Source of the DNA: Nageia nagi
Taxonomy: Eukaryota; Plantae; Pinophyta
Direction: 5' to 3'
NCBI GenBank assembly: GCA_050084985.1
Contig: JBITNC010000001.1
Span: 72,416,001-72,480,000 of the forward strand
Length of the DNA stretch: 64,000 nucleotides
A program made the translations under genes and the position numbers. The notes under the pieces are model-generated. The model saw nothing but the letters and a program-made list of their open reading frames with translations. It was not told the origin of the DNA and made no database searches. Position 1 is the first letter of the stretch, and every line of letters starts with the position of its first letter. Positions 12,489 through 25,391 of this stretch are shown one piece after another.

Positions 12489-13229
12489 CTTGGACTGTTT
12501 TTTTTTTAAAACTACAAGTAAAGTTTAAAATTTAAACTAAACAAGTAGAGAATGAGAAACAGAAAATTAAAAACCTTGGACTGTGCTAGGTAATTTTCTT
12601 CTCCTCCTTGGCTTTTCTCCACTACACTGTTGTGTTTCTCTTCCTCCCTCCTTGCTCTTTCTCCTCACTGCTGTGTTTCTCTTCCTCCCTCCTTGCTCTT
12701 TCTCCTCACTGCTGTTTTTTTTCTTCTGTTTGCTGTCTTTCTCTTCCTCTTTGCTGTCTTTCTCCTCTACACAAAGACAAATGATAACAAAATCACTTTT
12801 AGCCTTTTAGAGGAGCTTTTTAGGGTTAAGGGGGGTGCAAAGTTAGGTGGGACCCATGCTAGGAGGTTTAAAAAGTTTTTTTTTTAAGTGAATCCTGTTT
12901 TTTTTTGAGATTTAAGCTCTCCAGCCGCGCGGGGAACGTCAGACGTCCCTGGGAACGTTCGGGGAACGGCGGCCGTTCCTTGGCCGTTCCCGGGGACGGC
13001 CAGCCGTTCCCGATCAGGGGGACGGTCGAGGAACGTTCCCCCTTCCCCGGGAGCCGTCTCGGGAACAGCCCCCAGCCGTCCCCCAAAAGGGGAACGGCTG
13101 GGAAACGTTTCCCAAGGTGTTCCCGCGTTCCCAAAACGTGGGAACGTCGGAACGGCTCCTCCAGGAGGGGGAACGCGTCCCCGTGGAACACTGATTGGAA
13201 TCACTTATTTATAGAGCTGATCAAAGAGT

Positions 13230-14041
13230 TTATTTTACCACATCCGAGGAAGAAGAGGCTTCCCTGGATACATCAGGATCTGCTATCTTTATCTGTTGTG
13301 TGAATTGCTCCTTCGTTGATGGTATCAAATATGGTCGGAGGCAATGTCCATTAACCAGGAGAATCCTCTGAGAATTGTCAATTGGCTGTAACTGGATTGA
13401 ACCATTAGGGAATATTTGAAGAATCTTATATGGCCCCAACCATCGTGTCTGGAGCTTCCCTATGAAATCATTATATCGGGAATCAAATAATAGAGCCCAT
13501 TCCCCTACCTGAAATTGATTCTGTTTCAGATTTTTGTCATGCCAAAGTTTCCGTTGATGTTGGATGATTTCAGTATTATGCAATGCCTCCATTCTTATTT
13601 CATCTAGCTCATTTAACTGGAGCAGTCTATTTTTCTGAACTTCTGTTATGTCCATCCCAACTTCTAGGGCTGTTCTCAATGTCTGGATCTCAAATTCTAT
13701 TGGCATTAGAAGCTTCTTACCAAAAACCAATTCATATGGAGTAAATCCAGTGGTGGATTTCCACATGGTATTGTATGCCCAAACTGCTTCAGGAAGCCTG
13801 GATACCCAATCCTTTCTATGTGAAGCTACTGTCTTGGTCAATATATTTTCCAGCTCTCTGTTAGTAACTTCAACTTGTCCATTTGTTTGTGGGTGATAGG
13901 GCGAAGCCTTCTTATGTCGGATCTGATATTGGTTTACAAAATGTTGTATTGTCCTTGACATGAACTACGGACCCTGATCAGAAACCAGAAACCGAGGAGC
14001 TCCAAATCTCTGCATAATGTTATTATACAAAAAATCTGCCA
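13230..14041 (-). pseudogene. Gypsy integrase C-terminal part (Athila copy 1)
   Basis: SPYHPQTNGQVE...TPYELVFG...KLQTRWLGPY. Confidence 0.92.
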
Positions 14042-14053
14042 TAATGTTATTAT

Positions 14054-15660
14054 GAACATGACGTGAGGGAGTTGGAGCATATGGCCACCGATAAGGTGGT
14101 GAGATGTGTGAGGAACCAAAGACTGGATCGGACTCCACCCCAGAGGCCAGCAAGGATAGCTGCAACGCATCCATCCTCGACCATTCCACAATCAGGATCA
14201 GAATCCTCAGGACCCCAATATGAAGACCATGGCACCCCTCATGGAGAACAAGCAGATAGATAGGAAAATGGTGATCGACAAAGCATGCTTGAAGAAGGGG
14301 AATATGAAAGTATTCCGCAAGACGAGTTAAGAGGAAGGTCCGAGAGATGAACACTAAGCCAGTACCGATCCAGAAAGAGATATACAGGATGCACAAGGTG
14401 AGGAAGGACCATCAGTGGAGATCTTGAATAGCACCCATAATCACGCCACCTCAGAGCCATCATCCTCCTAGAGGAAGGATAAAGACCTCGCTCCAGAGTT
14501 AATGCCGAGGAGAACCCAATTGAAGAGAGGATCCCAATCCAGGTTGTCGGTAACTCTAGGGGAAACTGCAGGGCAAGGTGAGAGGCCTTTGAAGAAGATC
14601 CGAAACAACGTAGTCGTCATTTCAGAAGCAATTGTTGAGACCCATTAGCCTCTGTCGAATCCTGAGTGGGGAGTAGATATAGATGAGTGTCTCGATGTTT
14701 TTAACATGGACGTGGGAGAAGAATTCAGACCCTGAGGGATAGGAGATCAGGTTGGAGAGAGTTCCACTTGCTTGGGGAAGAGTCAGACCTACGTACATAT
14801 GATAGAAAATGTAGTGTGCATCAAGACCATAGTGGCAGACAAGGACAACCCTAGGGTCTTGGAGACTTGAGGCAAATAAATCAGATCATCAACATGGGCC
14901 CAATTAGTGTGACTGGCAGGAAGCATGCTATTATTTCGAATACCGAGGCAATAGCCAAGGATGGGTTGTTGAAGGAAAAAGAGATAAAGAGCTTGAAGGA
15001 GGAGTTGGCAACCCAGAGGAGATTGACTCACGAGTTAGAGTCTGCCAAAGTACCGCAATGAACTCAAGAAGGTAAGACCTCTCAAGAAGGAATGATTGTT
15101 GTGAAACAAGAGGTGATAGAAGAGCCCTTAGCAGGTCGAGACGATTCATCGATATCCTCCACCAAATCTCGTTTGCAGAGGAGCAGTTGAGGTTATTGTC
15201 ACGAATGTGTTAGGCACTCAGATCTTAGACTCTCAGAAACCATGTACTAGATACGAGCAATGCATACTCAAAGACCAAGGACCGAGTTTTGTGAGGACTA
15301 CTAGTTCTATTTGGGTGAACAGCTAGGTACATACTCTTTCTGAGACAAAACACGTGACGCAATAATGATAGGGTCCATGCATGTATGGAACGGATTACTT
15401 TCAGGTATAGTTCTTGGAGGAAGACCATTCGAAAGCAGTGAGGTATGCCTAAGTCACACCTTCCTTCGCCTAATGATGATTGAAGAGATGAACTCCTACA
15501 AATAGCTGTTACTGAGCATTGTTGGGCAAACTGGAAGGACGAATGCAAAGAATGGTGATGAGTTAGAGAGCATGACTGCGCAAACAAAGTTCTAGAATTT
15601 GATGGTGCAAATGATAGAGTCCTGGCATCGTCGAAGATCAGTTCGGTTGGGCCACATTAG
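14054..15660 (+). pseudogene. E1 gene, C-terminal half (linker + coiled coil)
   Basis: NMGPISVTGRKHAIISNTEAIAKDGLLKEKEIKSLKEEL aligns with E2 KKIGWVECKHAINYNVDEMVNQGIKSECKIKELKRR and E3 NMLAKLELTTRKHIVMQNVVVMEQEGYEAKKEGKRLKKEL. Confidence 0.65.
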
Positions 15661-18600
15661 CTTAGTCATTTATTTCAGTTTTCTTTTCACATCTCATGGA
15701 ATCTAATATTATTATCAAACCGTGAAGGATGCGATTGCTCAGATTGAGAGTTTTGATGCTGTGCAATTTCATTGACCGCTTGTTATTTGTGAATTAGGTT
15801 AGGCACATGTTGGTTGCTCCTAAGATTATTAAACCCCATGCTGACTCATTTGTAGGATTTGACATTTCGATATCTTAATACAACTTTGCTATGTCAATTG
15901 CTCTTAAGTGTTGAAGTGGTTATTGATGTTATTGTGATGATATTGTTCATGTTGCAATAGTGATGTGAATGAATGCTAGATAGTGTTATCTGTTTTCCTT
16001 TGCCATTACTTGATGTTAGCTCAGTTTACTTGGTGCATTTCATAAACGTCACTGGAGTGGATGAGAGGTTGCTTGCATATGTTGAGAAGTAATTGACTGA
16101 TATCTCATGGGTGGCATTTCACTATTGGCAGTATTGGTTTGATGTTCTTGGGATGTCTCATTGATATTATTCGCTGCGGGGACTTCACTCGAGCCCTTTA
16201 GTCCCACCTTGGTCCCGTCTTATCTCACCGCCCTGGCGTCACCCTCCGTTCACCCAACTATTCGTGTTGTTGGTTGGTGGGCTGGATAGTGGGTGCTTGG
16301 AACCCGCATTGAACCCAAGTGAGTCGACTTCCAAGAGTCTTTATCAAGTCCATGAATTAGCATGTTTACTCTTGCATTCCTTTCCCACAATCTTTCCACC
16401 ATTTTATCTTTCTTTATTTTCTTCTATTTTTCACTTTCTTTTCGCGGCTTTCGCACCCCAATTTTCCTTTCAGTACTCAAGAAGTGGCCTTGGTGAAGCC
16501 CAAACACAGAATAATCTGAGTCCCTTGAATCGGGTAACCAATCCCCATAACGAAGGGATTAATGTCCCTCCACCTGAGATGTTGGTGCTTTTCCCACTGC
16601 TCTAGGATAGGAAAGAAAAACCCCCCAACACATCCCAAAGTGGTGCTTGTCTTCTTATGCCAAGCGATGCTTGACTCCATAATGGTTCTTCAAATGTGCC
16701 AACTATCCGTCCAAACAATCTTTGAAGGAATTCCTTGATGATGCCAAGATCGTGTAAACATGGAAGCAGCTGTCCCAAAGTGTGGGGCCAAGAAATGTTG
16801 TTGATGATGTATGCCTATTCAACCTCCAACCTTGTGTCATGGTCCAAAACTGATCCCAATGTTCTGCTGTCCCAACAATATGAAAAATCACAGCTGATAG
16901 GTGGTTCAAATGCTGCCAAGTGTTTCTTCTTCATAGGACCTAGTAGTCACATCTCTTTTACCAATAGTACTGAATTTGGTAGGGCTATTCCCAACCAAAG
17001 TAATGTGCAATTGGGTTAATAGTGGACTGATTTTTGATTTCACAAACTCTCTCTCTCTAACCATATCCATCTTCAAACAATCTCCCAACTGAGCTTTACT
17101 TGTTTGTATCATAGTTGTATAGGGATGGTTGTAAGTTTGTACCTTGTTTGGCAACATCAAGATTTATACATGTTTTATGAAGCATCATTGTCGAAATAGT
17201 AAGGACTCATGTTTCCCCTTTATCATGTCATAAACCATGTGTCTAAATGTTCCAAAGGAGGTGGTCGTATGAGTCTCAAAATGTGCCCATTTGTCACATT
17301 TTATCATAGCAGCCCAAGAGAATGGAATACAACTAAGATCATTGGTGTTGTGAGAATTAAAGGGGCTGATATACCTTCTTGAAACTGTCTTTCACTGCTG
17401 CCCAAAATTGAGTATGCGTGGGTGTCAAAGGTGTCTCTTGTTATCATGTGGAGCACCCCTTTGTAGGTGGCAATATGGTTAAGTTTGTCCCTCAAAACTT
17501 GCTTCCCATCTTTCACAAATAATAAAATCAGAGTTGGTGTCTTGGCTATCCCTTGCCATTGGTAGTGGGTTTTGATTCCCTTTCACATGGTCATTACGGC
17601 TGCAACCTCTAAGAGTACTGTTGTCCCTGTTTTTTTGTTGTTTGGAGCAATTTTTGGCAATATACTTCATCCCCATGCACCCCAAACTGAGCATATACCA
17701 AGGAGATGAAAATTTGATCCCTAAACTGTCACAAAGTCCAACTATATTGCTTTTCCATGTGGCATGAGGGTTGGGACTGTCTTTTGTTATCAAAGGCTGC
17801 CTACAAACTCTGTCAAAACTGATATGACTGCTGTCCAATCCAACCGTGTTGCTTTCCCATGAAGTGTGGATGTTGGGACTTGGGACTGCCCTTTTTTGTC
17901 CAAAGCTGTCCTTGAATTTTACCCAAACTGAGTTCACTGCTGTTATTACTGTCATACCCCTTGAAAAGGTGTTATGGCTGATAGGGATAATTCCTAAACT
18001 GTTAAGACTTTCCAAGGGTGTGTGGCATTGATTCCCCCTTAGGGTAACCTTCATCTCTTGCTCAAAGAAACTCATTTCTAGCTTCTAGTAGTTGAAGTTG
18101 ACATCTCCTAATCGTACAACCATTGGACCCTAGAGTGATATGAGGAGAACTAACTATGAGGTAAACATAGAAATCGACTACAATGGTGTAGTTTCCAATG
18201 GTCACTTGAAGATATCTAATCATCCATTTATACTTAGTTTGGTATCCCCTACCATTGGTGACTCCAAACTCTTGAGTTTCAATTCTTTCCAAGTTTCTTC
18301 TAAGGACAAAAGCTTCATCAAGAAAGTTATTGGTGGCTGCATTGTCTAGAGGATAATAATGGGTTCCCCTAAGAGATGCCTTTCTAATTGGAGAGTGGGT
18401 ACTTGATGGGTTTAATCAAGGGTTGCAAATGAGTTCTCTAAGATCCCTCTTGATTCTTTTGGTAGGTGGATGAGGGTTATCTTTTGTAGTAATCTTTTCC
18501 CATATATGTGAGGCCTAGTAGACATTCTAGGTTTTCTTTAAAGTACTTGGTGGGCTCTCAACATTTTTTGGTGAAGTGGAAGAACTAATTTTACCTTTGA

Positions 18601-20129
18601 AATTTGAAGAATGTGAAGAGGAACCAAAAGAAAATGGATTTACATGTGTACCTTCTAGAAAGTACTTGGTGAGGTCTCATCATTTTAAGTGAGGTTATCC
18701 ACCTTTGCTCCAAAGTATTTCCCAATGGCTGCCCTCTTCCTTATTGTGTAGATGAGCCACTTCTAGGCTAGGGAGCATCCCTAAGCCCTAGAAGGTAGAG
18801 AAGGGAAGCATCCCTAAGGTCTGAATCATCCAAGATCTAATGCATAAGATGACGTCTTCAAATGACCAAATGACTTTGTTGATGTGTATTCCTTTCCCCC
18901 CCGCAGGAAAGAACATCGCCCGTGGGTGGAGTAGCGTTACTTACCCCGCTTGAAAGGACTTTAACTCCAAGGTTTCTTTAAAATATATTGATTTCAACAT
19001 TATAGTGCAACGATTTTAAACCATGGTAGTTTGTGGTTGACAGGATGGCCCAGCCCCTTAAGGAAGGTATGCGCTCAGGGATGGTTAACTCACAATTATG
19101 CGGACCTATTGAGGTTTATCTCAATTGATGTTCACGTGACAGTACACAAGCAAAAGGGGTATGAGGAAGAAATATGAGAAGGTTTCGGCGGTTGATAGTG
19201 AAATAAGTAATAGGTTCTTACCGCTGTGCAAGGTTTGGGGCTTTCATCTCTCAGATTTATTAAGAATTTCTCCTTAGGTTATCAAGCAAGGGAAGAAACG
19301 ATTGGGTCTGGATCTTTCCCAAGCAAGAGCATGGGGAAGTAGGCAGGGTGGACAAAGAAGTGAAATGGAGTATTCAATTATCTATGTGCCAGTAGAAGAT
19401 TCCAATCAAATGACACAAGAGTAAAGTGACCCAAAATATCAAACTTTATGCAAACCACAAAAATAGTCATTCATACATTTAAGAAAGATATTCAATCCTC
19501 TTTTCTTAAAGTGCCAATCTTTCAAACAAAATGCTTGTAAATGTATAAACAACACAACAACATAATAAGCATGTCATTTGGGCATCTATGATTCCAAGAA
19601 ATGAGTGACTATACTTGCATTAATAACAAAGTTTCCCAAAATACATACATTGGAAGCCTCAACTCCAAAATGTTTCCAAAGAGAGATTTTGCTTTCAAAT
19701 CAAAAGGAACTCCTAACAAACATATAATTTTGCATACATTGAAGAGTTCACTCTAGCATCTCCTTCTTTTCTACTCTATCTATATCTATCATATCTATAT
19801 CCCATATCTATGTAAAAAAAATGACCTTGCTAGGGTACTTATAGCATATGTCTAACTTTATTAAATGAAGCGTCGCCCTAATATTAATTGCGGTGTTGTC
19901 CTAAACAATCAAGCAACCTTAATACTACTTTGGAAAAAGTGAAACCATCAAGAAAACAAAACTGCAGCTATACAATACCGCTGAAACGTCACATCAATAT
20001 CAAATCACATCACATCACATCAAGTCTTCTTGCGGTTGTGGCAGCAAAAACTCATCCGTCACAACGCAAGTTAAAATAATAATTATCTTAAAACTAATAA
20101 AATAAATATGCATTTTCAACTATTGCTCT

Positions 20130-23100
20130 GTGGGGCTAGCAGCTCATCACGATTGGCAACAAAGACTTTCTCAGAATCCCATGAGACCTATCATCGAAGA
20201 AGGCCCTAGCCTTAGTGAGTCCTATGGCAAGTGCATCTGCAATTCTTCATCTTTTTTGTTGTAGAAATCCAAGATGTAGTGGGAAGTGCATTCCATTTGA
20301 AATTTCCAAATGGTTAAGTTTTGTTGATTTTCAATGTGGGTTCCTGCTCTCAATAGATTTACATCGTTGGTGAAAATGAGCTTTCGGACAGTATTTTGAA
20401 CTTCTTGGATCACGAGCTCAACACGCCTTGACTTCCATCTTCATTAATGAACCCGATCAACTGTACAAACTGACTCAACTAAAAAGTTATAGTGAACAAC
20501 AGATTGTCCCTTGCCTTAGTGAGATTAGTGCATTCTCTTGCCACGAACCTTAGCCAACATAAATGGTAGGTGAACTCTGGCAATTTTGAATTTGGTTTGC
20601 TTGCCCTGCAGACATTTTCCTTAGGTTTTGGATAGTGTGCTCATGATTATGAAAATCCTACAATAACTAGGAAACGACTGCGTTCATATTCTCTTTTGCC
20701 TTATGTTCATCCATGAGGCTAGCCATCTAGAGTAAAAGTTCATAGACTATCCTCATTATGCCATTAACTAGGATCTCCTCGGTTGATGTCACACCAATTT
20801 TCAATGAGGCTTGCACCTTGACATCTTCAATGGACATTTTGGCAGCTTCTATCTCCTTCACCAATTTTTTTTACCAACCATCTCCTTTTCAGCTCCTTGA
20901 TTTTACACTCGCTTTTAATGCCTTGATTGACCATCTCATCCACATTATAATTGATGGCGTGCTTACATTCTACCCACCCAATTTTCTTGACTTTGAACTC
21001 CTTGGTGTGGACTCGCACATCTTGTAAATGTTGAGGATGTTTCTTCTTAGAATAGCATCTGTTGATGGTCATCGCATCCTTTTTCATGGATACGAAGGTA
21101 TCTATTTCTTCAATTGGAGAATCCTCAGAGGCATTCTCCATCCTTTGGCTATATTCTTCTTTATCACTACAACAACTCATCTGGAGGTCTTTGATGACTG
21201 CGTCAATATGAAAATCATACTTTTGTGGACCAGAACTTGATGCAATATTGGCCATGGTAGTGTGCATGTTAGTGGTGGGAATTCTCTAGGGATCTCCTCG
21301 ATTCTCAACTATTGGCTCTTGACTTCAACTGGCTTATCTTTGATCTTTAATGGTTTATGGTTGCCATGCTCTAGTTGTTTTCTCTTCTTTCTTTGGTCTT
21401 CCTCTCGCCTTTGTCTTCTTCATCTCCTCCATCTCCTCTGGCTGTATAAGCCTTGCTTAGATTAGAGGGCTTACTAGGGGTTGTTTTGGAAACTCCTTCT
21501 TTGGGGATGACCTCCTTTTCCTCCTTGGAGTGGTGGACTCAGAGGAGGTAGCCTTGTTCACAGGTATCGATCCAGTAGGTAAAGTCTCGCTAACCTTCTT
21601 TGTTTCGGATTTTCCTTCAATGTCTACAATTTGGGTATCTTCAGTACCAGGTTGCGAGTCTTCATCATCCTGATGCTCTCTTTTAGTTTCTCCCTCTTCT
21701 TCTCCTGAACTAGATTCAAATGAGCCGAAAGATTCATACGATGTCTTAGAATCTAAAGGTGAACTTGAGTGTCAGGCTCTTCAGGTTGGTTTATTGTGGG
21801 TGTATTTTGGATATTGGTTTGGTTTCTGCTTCAATAGGCTCTAGGTATTCAATTCCTACATATTCTTCAACAGGCGTCACAAGACTTGGGAGAGCCAAGG
21901 GATATTCCACCCAAACTGGTACTATGGGCATCATGGGGACGTTCTTTGGGTGGCATTCTCAAGCTGTTGGAGTGGGAAATCAAGATACCCCATTTCTGCC
22001 ATGATATGGACGTATTTGGTGATTTCTTTGATAAGGAGTGGATTTCGGGTCTAGTTCTGCCCAAAGTGGCATATTCTCCTATTCCTCCTTGGTGTCTTCT
22101 TACTCTTGAAGAGGAGGTGGATTTCTCAACCGGGCTATGTGAGGCTCACTCAAATTTTGGATTCTTTTATTGATCCGGCCTTCAACCGCCAACACTTGAT
22201 GTACTTTCTTGAATTTGCTTTTCCTCTCTCCTATTCCTGTACCTTTCCTTGTCTCCTAGAGGTCTATGCTCATAGGTTATAGGGTTTATGAAAACTTGCC
22301 TATAAAAGACTTGCATTCTCCCTTCAGGGTCATAATGGGAAGTACCTGTTCCTACTAAAACAGTAGTAAGAACAGGTGTATTCCACAATGGTAATGGGGA
22401 GATTTATTGTAGCAAAATTCCATGAGAATCAACCGATTACTAGCATAGCGGGGTAGGAGATAAGGCTTGACTTCGGAACCATAGATCCACATGTATGTGT
22501 GTGAGGGGTCTTCCAAAAAGTAACTGCATGCCCCCGGATGGCTTGTACTTTAGAGTTAGAAATTCTCTTCACCATTTGTTTCCCTTTAATGTCCTTGTAT
22601 ATCTGATACTCCCATCCATCATTCCTCATGGCATAGTAATCCCATTTGGACTCCATCCACCACTTGGGATAAGCTTTCCATATAGGTTTTTCAGGATTGT
22701 TCAGGATTTCCATATCTGCATGTGTCAATTTCTGATTTTTTCCACTAAGGAGGAGGTATATGAGGTAGGAATTCATATAAAACTTCTTTGAGGAGCCGAT
22801 ATGAGCCAATTGGAAGAACAGGGAGTTACTTATCACCATGCTCCACTTAATCCTTTGCTTGTTCCCGATCACAACTATGAATCCGGTGAATTCGTTCCTG
22901 AATTTGTAGTCATCCTCTTTGCTAGTGACTCGAGACATCATGCTAATGATTCTCGAAATTGTGGGATAGAAGTTTTGTCTCTTTGCATTGATCAACTTAT
23001 TCCCCGAAAACTCCTTGCTTTTGTTTTCGAGCCAATCCCTAATGAGGTCTTTGACTCATTGAGATTTCTCATAGTAGTCTAGAGAGTCCTTTTCAGTGTA

Positions 23101-23520
23101 GACAACTCCATTGCTCCACTTAAAGGCCTCCTCGATGCCTTGTGGAGAGAAATGGAGGATCTTCTTGCAATCTATATCATAAAGGGCATGGTCTTTGAAG
23201 TTGGCATGCCTACCCACTTCATAGCACAATTTAGGGAAAGGTGTGGCAAAGGGGATCAAGGTGGCTGAGGCTAAACTGAATGTGCATATGAACTCTTTGA
23301 GCATCTGATTCTTGCTTAATTCATTGATGGAATGCAACAAACGATTGGGATCGGTGTGTGACCATTAAGTGTCCCGGATATTTGAGAGGTTGTTTTTGAA
23401 TTTTGCTTCCTTCAGCAGATCTTTAGGATTTTCTTTGGCAATGTCAATTTGGCTAGGCTCAGTCAATCTAGCTAGCTGAAGTTCCCGAGTATTTCTTAAT
23501 TTGGAGTTTTTCTTTGACAT
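20130..23520 (-). pseudogene. E2 gene, ~1100 codons: conserved N-domain, S/P/E-rich linker, Arg-rich NLS-like tract, coiled-coil C-domain
   Basis: ATG at 23520 (MSKKNSKLRNTRELQ), just after acceptor-like TTTATCTTTACAG. ORF fragments 23056-23340, 22429-22995, 22182-22388, 20827-21267 and 20222-20413. Homologous to the E1 and E3 ORFs. 3' end approximate. Confidence 0.78.
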
Positions 23521-24020
23521 TTTGAAACCTGTAAAGATAAATCAGGTCAGTAGAGAAAGGACTGATTGACACTAGATTGACTAGGGGAGTGGTGGGAAAT
23601 GATGTAAGAGACATATGATACCTGGAAAACTTGTATGCCTTGATAGAGGGGTGTGGAAATGCAAACATACTAGAAGTTTAATGTTTACGACGAAGAGGTG
23701 GTCGGCCTACTTAATGCAACGTCTAGAATGTGCTTTAAACAATTAATGCATGCATACATCCATTTAGCCACCTTATGGTACCCAACTTGTTATGAAGACA
23801 TGCATGAATGCTTGAAGGGCTTGGTCGCACCCAATTTAAAAGTTAATTTTCTAACTTGGATGATGTGACAGATAAGAAAGGTTGACTTTTATGTGACGTG
23901 ACAAAAATGGAGGGACGAGTACTAACATGGACAATAGACAACTACTAAATTGACTAAGACCAAACTTGACATATATTTAAGTGTGGGGCCCCTTAAAATG
24001 GGACTTCTTTAATGTGTGAG

Positions 24021-25391
24021 TGGGCGCAACTCGAAACAAAGATGCAAATGTAACCTTTAGAGATAATGCGACCATGCAACAAAGCATTTGACTTGACCAA
24101 ATTCGATTAAAACTTGCAAACTTTAATGGGCGCACTGTTTTCAAAAGATAGAACCTTATCTTCTTGGAGTCATGCGACCACACGTATTTAAGATGACCAA
24201 TGCAAAGTGAAACCAATGCAAAACTTTAATATTGAAACTAATGAAGAATGCCATGATGTTATTGGAAGGAAAGGTGATCAATGAATATGGACCGTTTAAC
24301 TTTAATGCAAGAAAGGGTGGTCGCATGCTTCAAGAAAATGCAAATGTAACTTGGAAAAACGATGCCATCAACCTTGGAAGGGTAAATGTTTTGCAAAAAA
24401 TTGACTAAGCCCCTTCTTTTATAGCTATCTTGGTTGCCAAATGGCAACGTTTTGGTGGCCAAAGGACAAATTCTCAACAAGTGTCGAATTTCATGCAAGG
24501 CATGTGGTCCGATCGTTCCAAAAGGATGCAAATGTATCTTCTTCAAACCATGCGATCAAGGATAGGGGTGCTAATTTTCACACTTAATAAAAAAAAAATG
24601 AACCGAAAGGTGGTTGCATGCCTCCCAAAAGATGCGAATGTAACATTTTCAAACCATGCGACCAAGCTGAATTATGCCGAAAAGTGGACACTTGATAAAA
24701 AGATGCTTGAATAGAGTGGTTGCACCTTGCTCAAAAGATGGAATGGTATGTTTCTCCAACCATGCGAACAACCTTTTGAGTGTATTGGGCTAACACTTAG
24801 CAAAAACTTTGAAGGCCAATACAAGAAATGGGGTGGTCGCACCCTTTTCATAAGATGAAATTGTAAGTTTTGCCAACCATGCAACAACCTTGGAGCACTA
24901 CGTTGAACCAGCCAAGGTAATAATGAGAGTCTCTTCTCCTTTATACCAACATGTCATGCCAGGTGGCCATGCTAGACAACTAGGATGAAGGTCCAATGAG
25001 GTCAACGTGAGCTTCATGGTGCACGTTCAATGCCAAGATGGAGGTGGTCACACCTTTTCAAAACGATAAAAATGTAACTTTCCTGAAACATGCGACCACT
25101 TTTGGATGAGGCATTTGAGGATACTTAGCCAATTTATAGGCTCTAAAAGTTGAAAGAGGGGTGGTCGCACCTTTTACAAAAGATAGAAATGTAACTTCTC
25201 CAAGACATGCGACCACCTTGAGAGGAATTAAACTTGGTGAAATTTTTCCATTTTACCTTACTGCCTTGAGCTTTAATAGACCCTTTTGAGTGTCATGTGT
25301 CAGTGAAGGGCGACCATTTTAGAAAGAATGATGAGATCATGGTCGCACCTCTTTGATAGAAGGAAATGTATCTTCCCTCAACCATGGACCA
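24021..25391 (-). repeat. Array of 10 spaced ~53-bp repeats, + strand consensus TGGTCGCAY..CAAAAGATGCAAATGTAACTT..CATGCGACCA
   Basis: Copies start at 24021, 24127, 24318, 24505, 24611, 24717, 24834, 25045, 25162 and 25340. Inverted terminal arms TGGTCGCA / TGCGACCA. Confidence 0.92.

Larger units (their letters stand above)
7357..13193 (-). mobile_element. hAT DNA transposon (complete ends) inserted in Athila copy 1
   Basis: 11-bp TIRs CAATGTTCCAC / GTGGAACACTG (10/11 match). 8-bp TSD ACTGGAAT (7349-7356) / ATTGGAAT (13194-13201). The empty site is visible in Athila copy 2 near 40621-40635. GGGAACG subterminal repeats at both ends. Confidence 0.95.
2665..14041 (-). mobile_element. Athila-type Ty3/gypsy copy 1, 5'-truncated (3' LTR, extra ORF and integrase end remain)
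   Basis: Reverse-complement homolog of ~39785 onward in copy 2. 3' LTR 2665-4219, PPT-like at 4220-4229, integrase at 13230-14041. Confidence 0.92.
11..16630 (+). mobile_element. E1: giant LTR-like gene-carrying unit, interrupted by Athila copy 1 (2665-14041) and a deletion
   Basis: Starts TGTTGTGCC...AATTTCGAGGACCCTC, matching the E2/E3 starts (TGTTG...AAATTTGGGGACCCTCAG). Ends GGAAAGAAAAACCCCCCAACA, matching the E2/E3 ends (GGAAAG...CAACA). Flanks gCATC / CATCc share 4 bp. ORF halves at 1623-2664 and ~14054-15660 are both homologous to the E2 ORF. Confidence 0.75.

Noticed and set aside
12868-13303. GC-rich overlapping ORFs
   Set aside because: hAT subterminal GGGAACG repeats.
21375-21430. 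AT-hook-like KARGRPKK in the E2 protein
   Set aside because: It appears to be off-frame; the frame shared with E3 gives a poly-Arg tract.
24021-25391. CRISPR array interpretation of the palindromic repeat-spacer arrays (also 297-1245 and 48118-49460)
   Set aside because: Eukaryotic TE context, no cas genes, degenerate repeats and irregular spacer lengths. Spacers are homologous between E2 and E3, so they are inherited rather than acquired.
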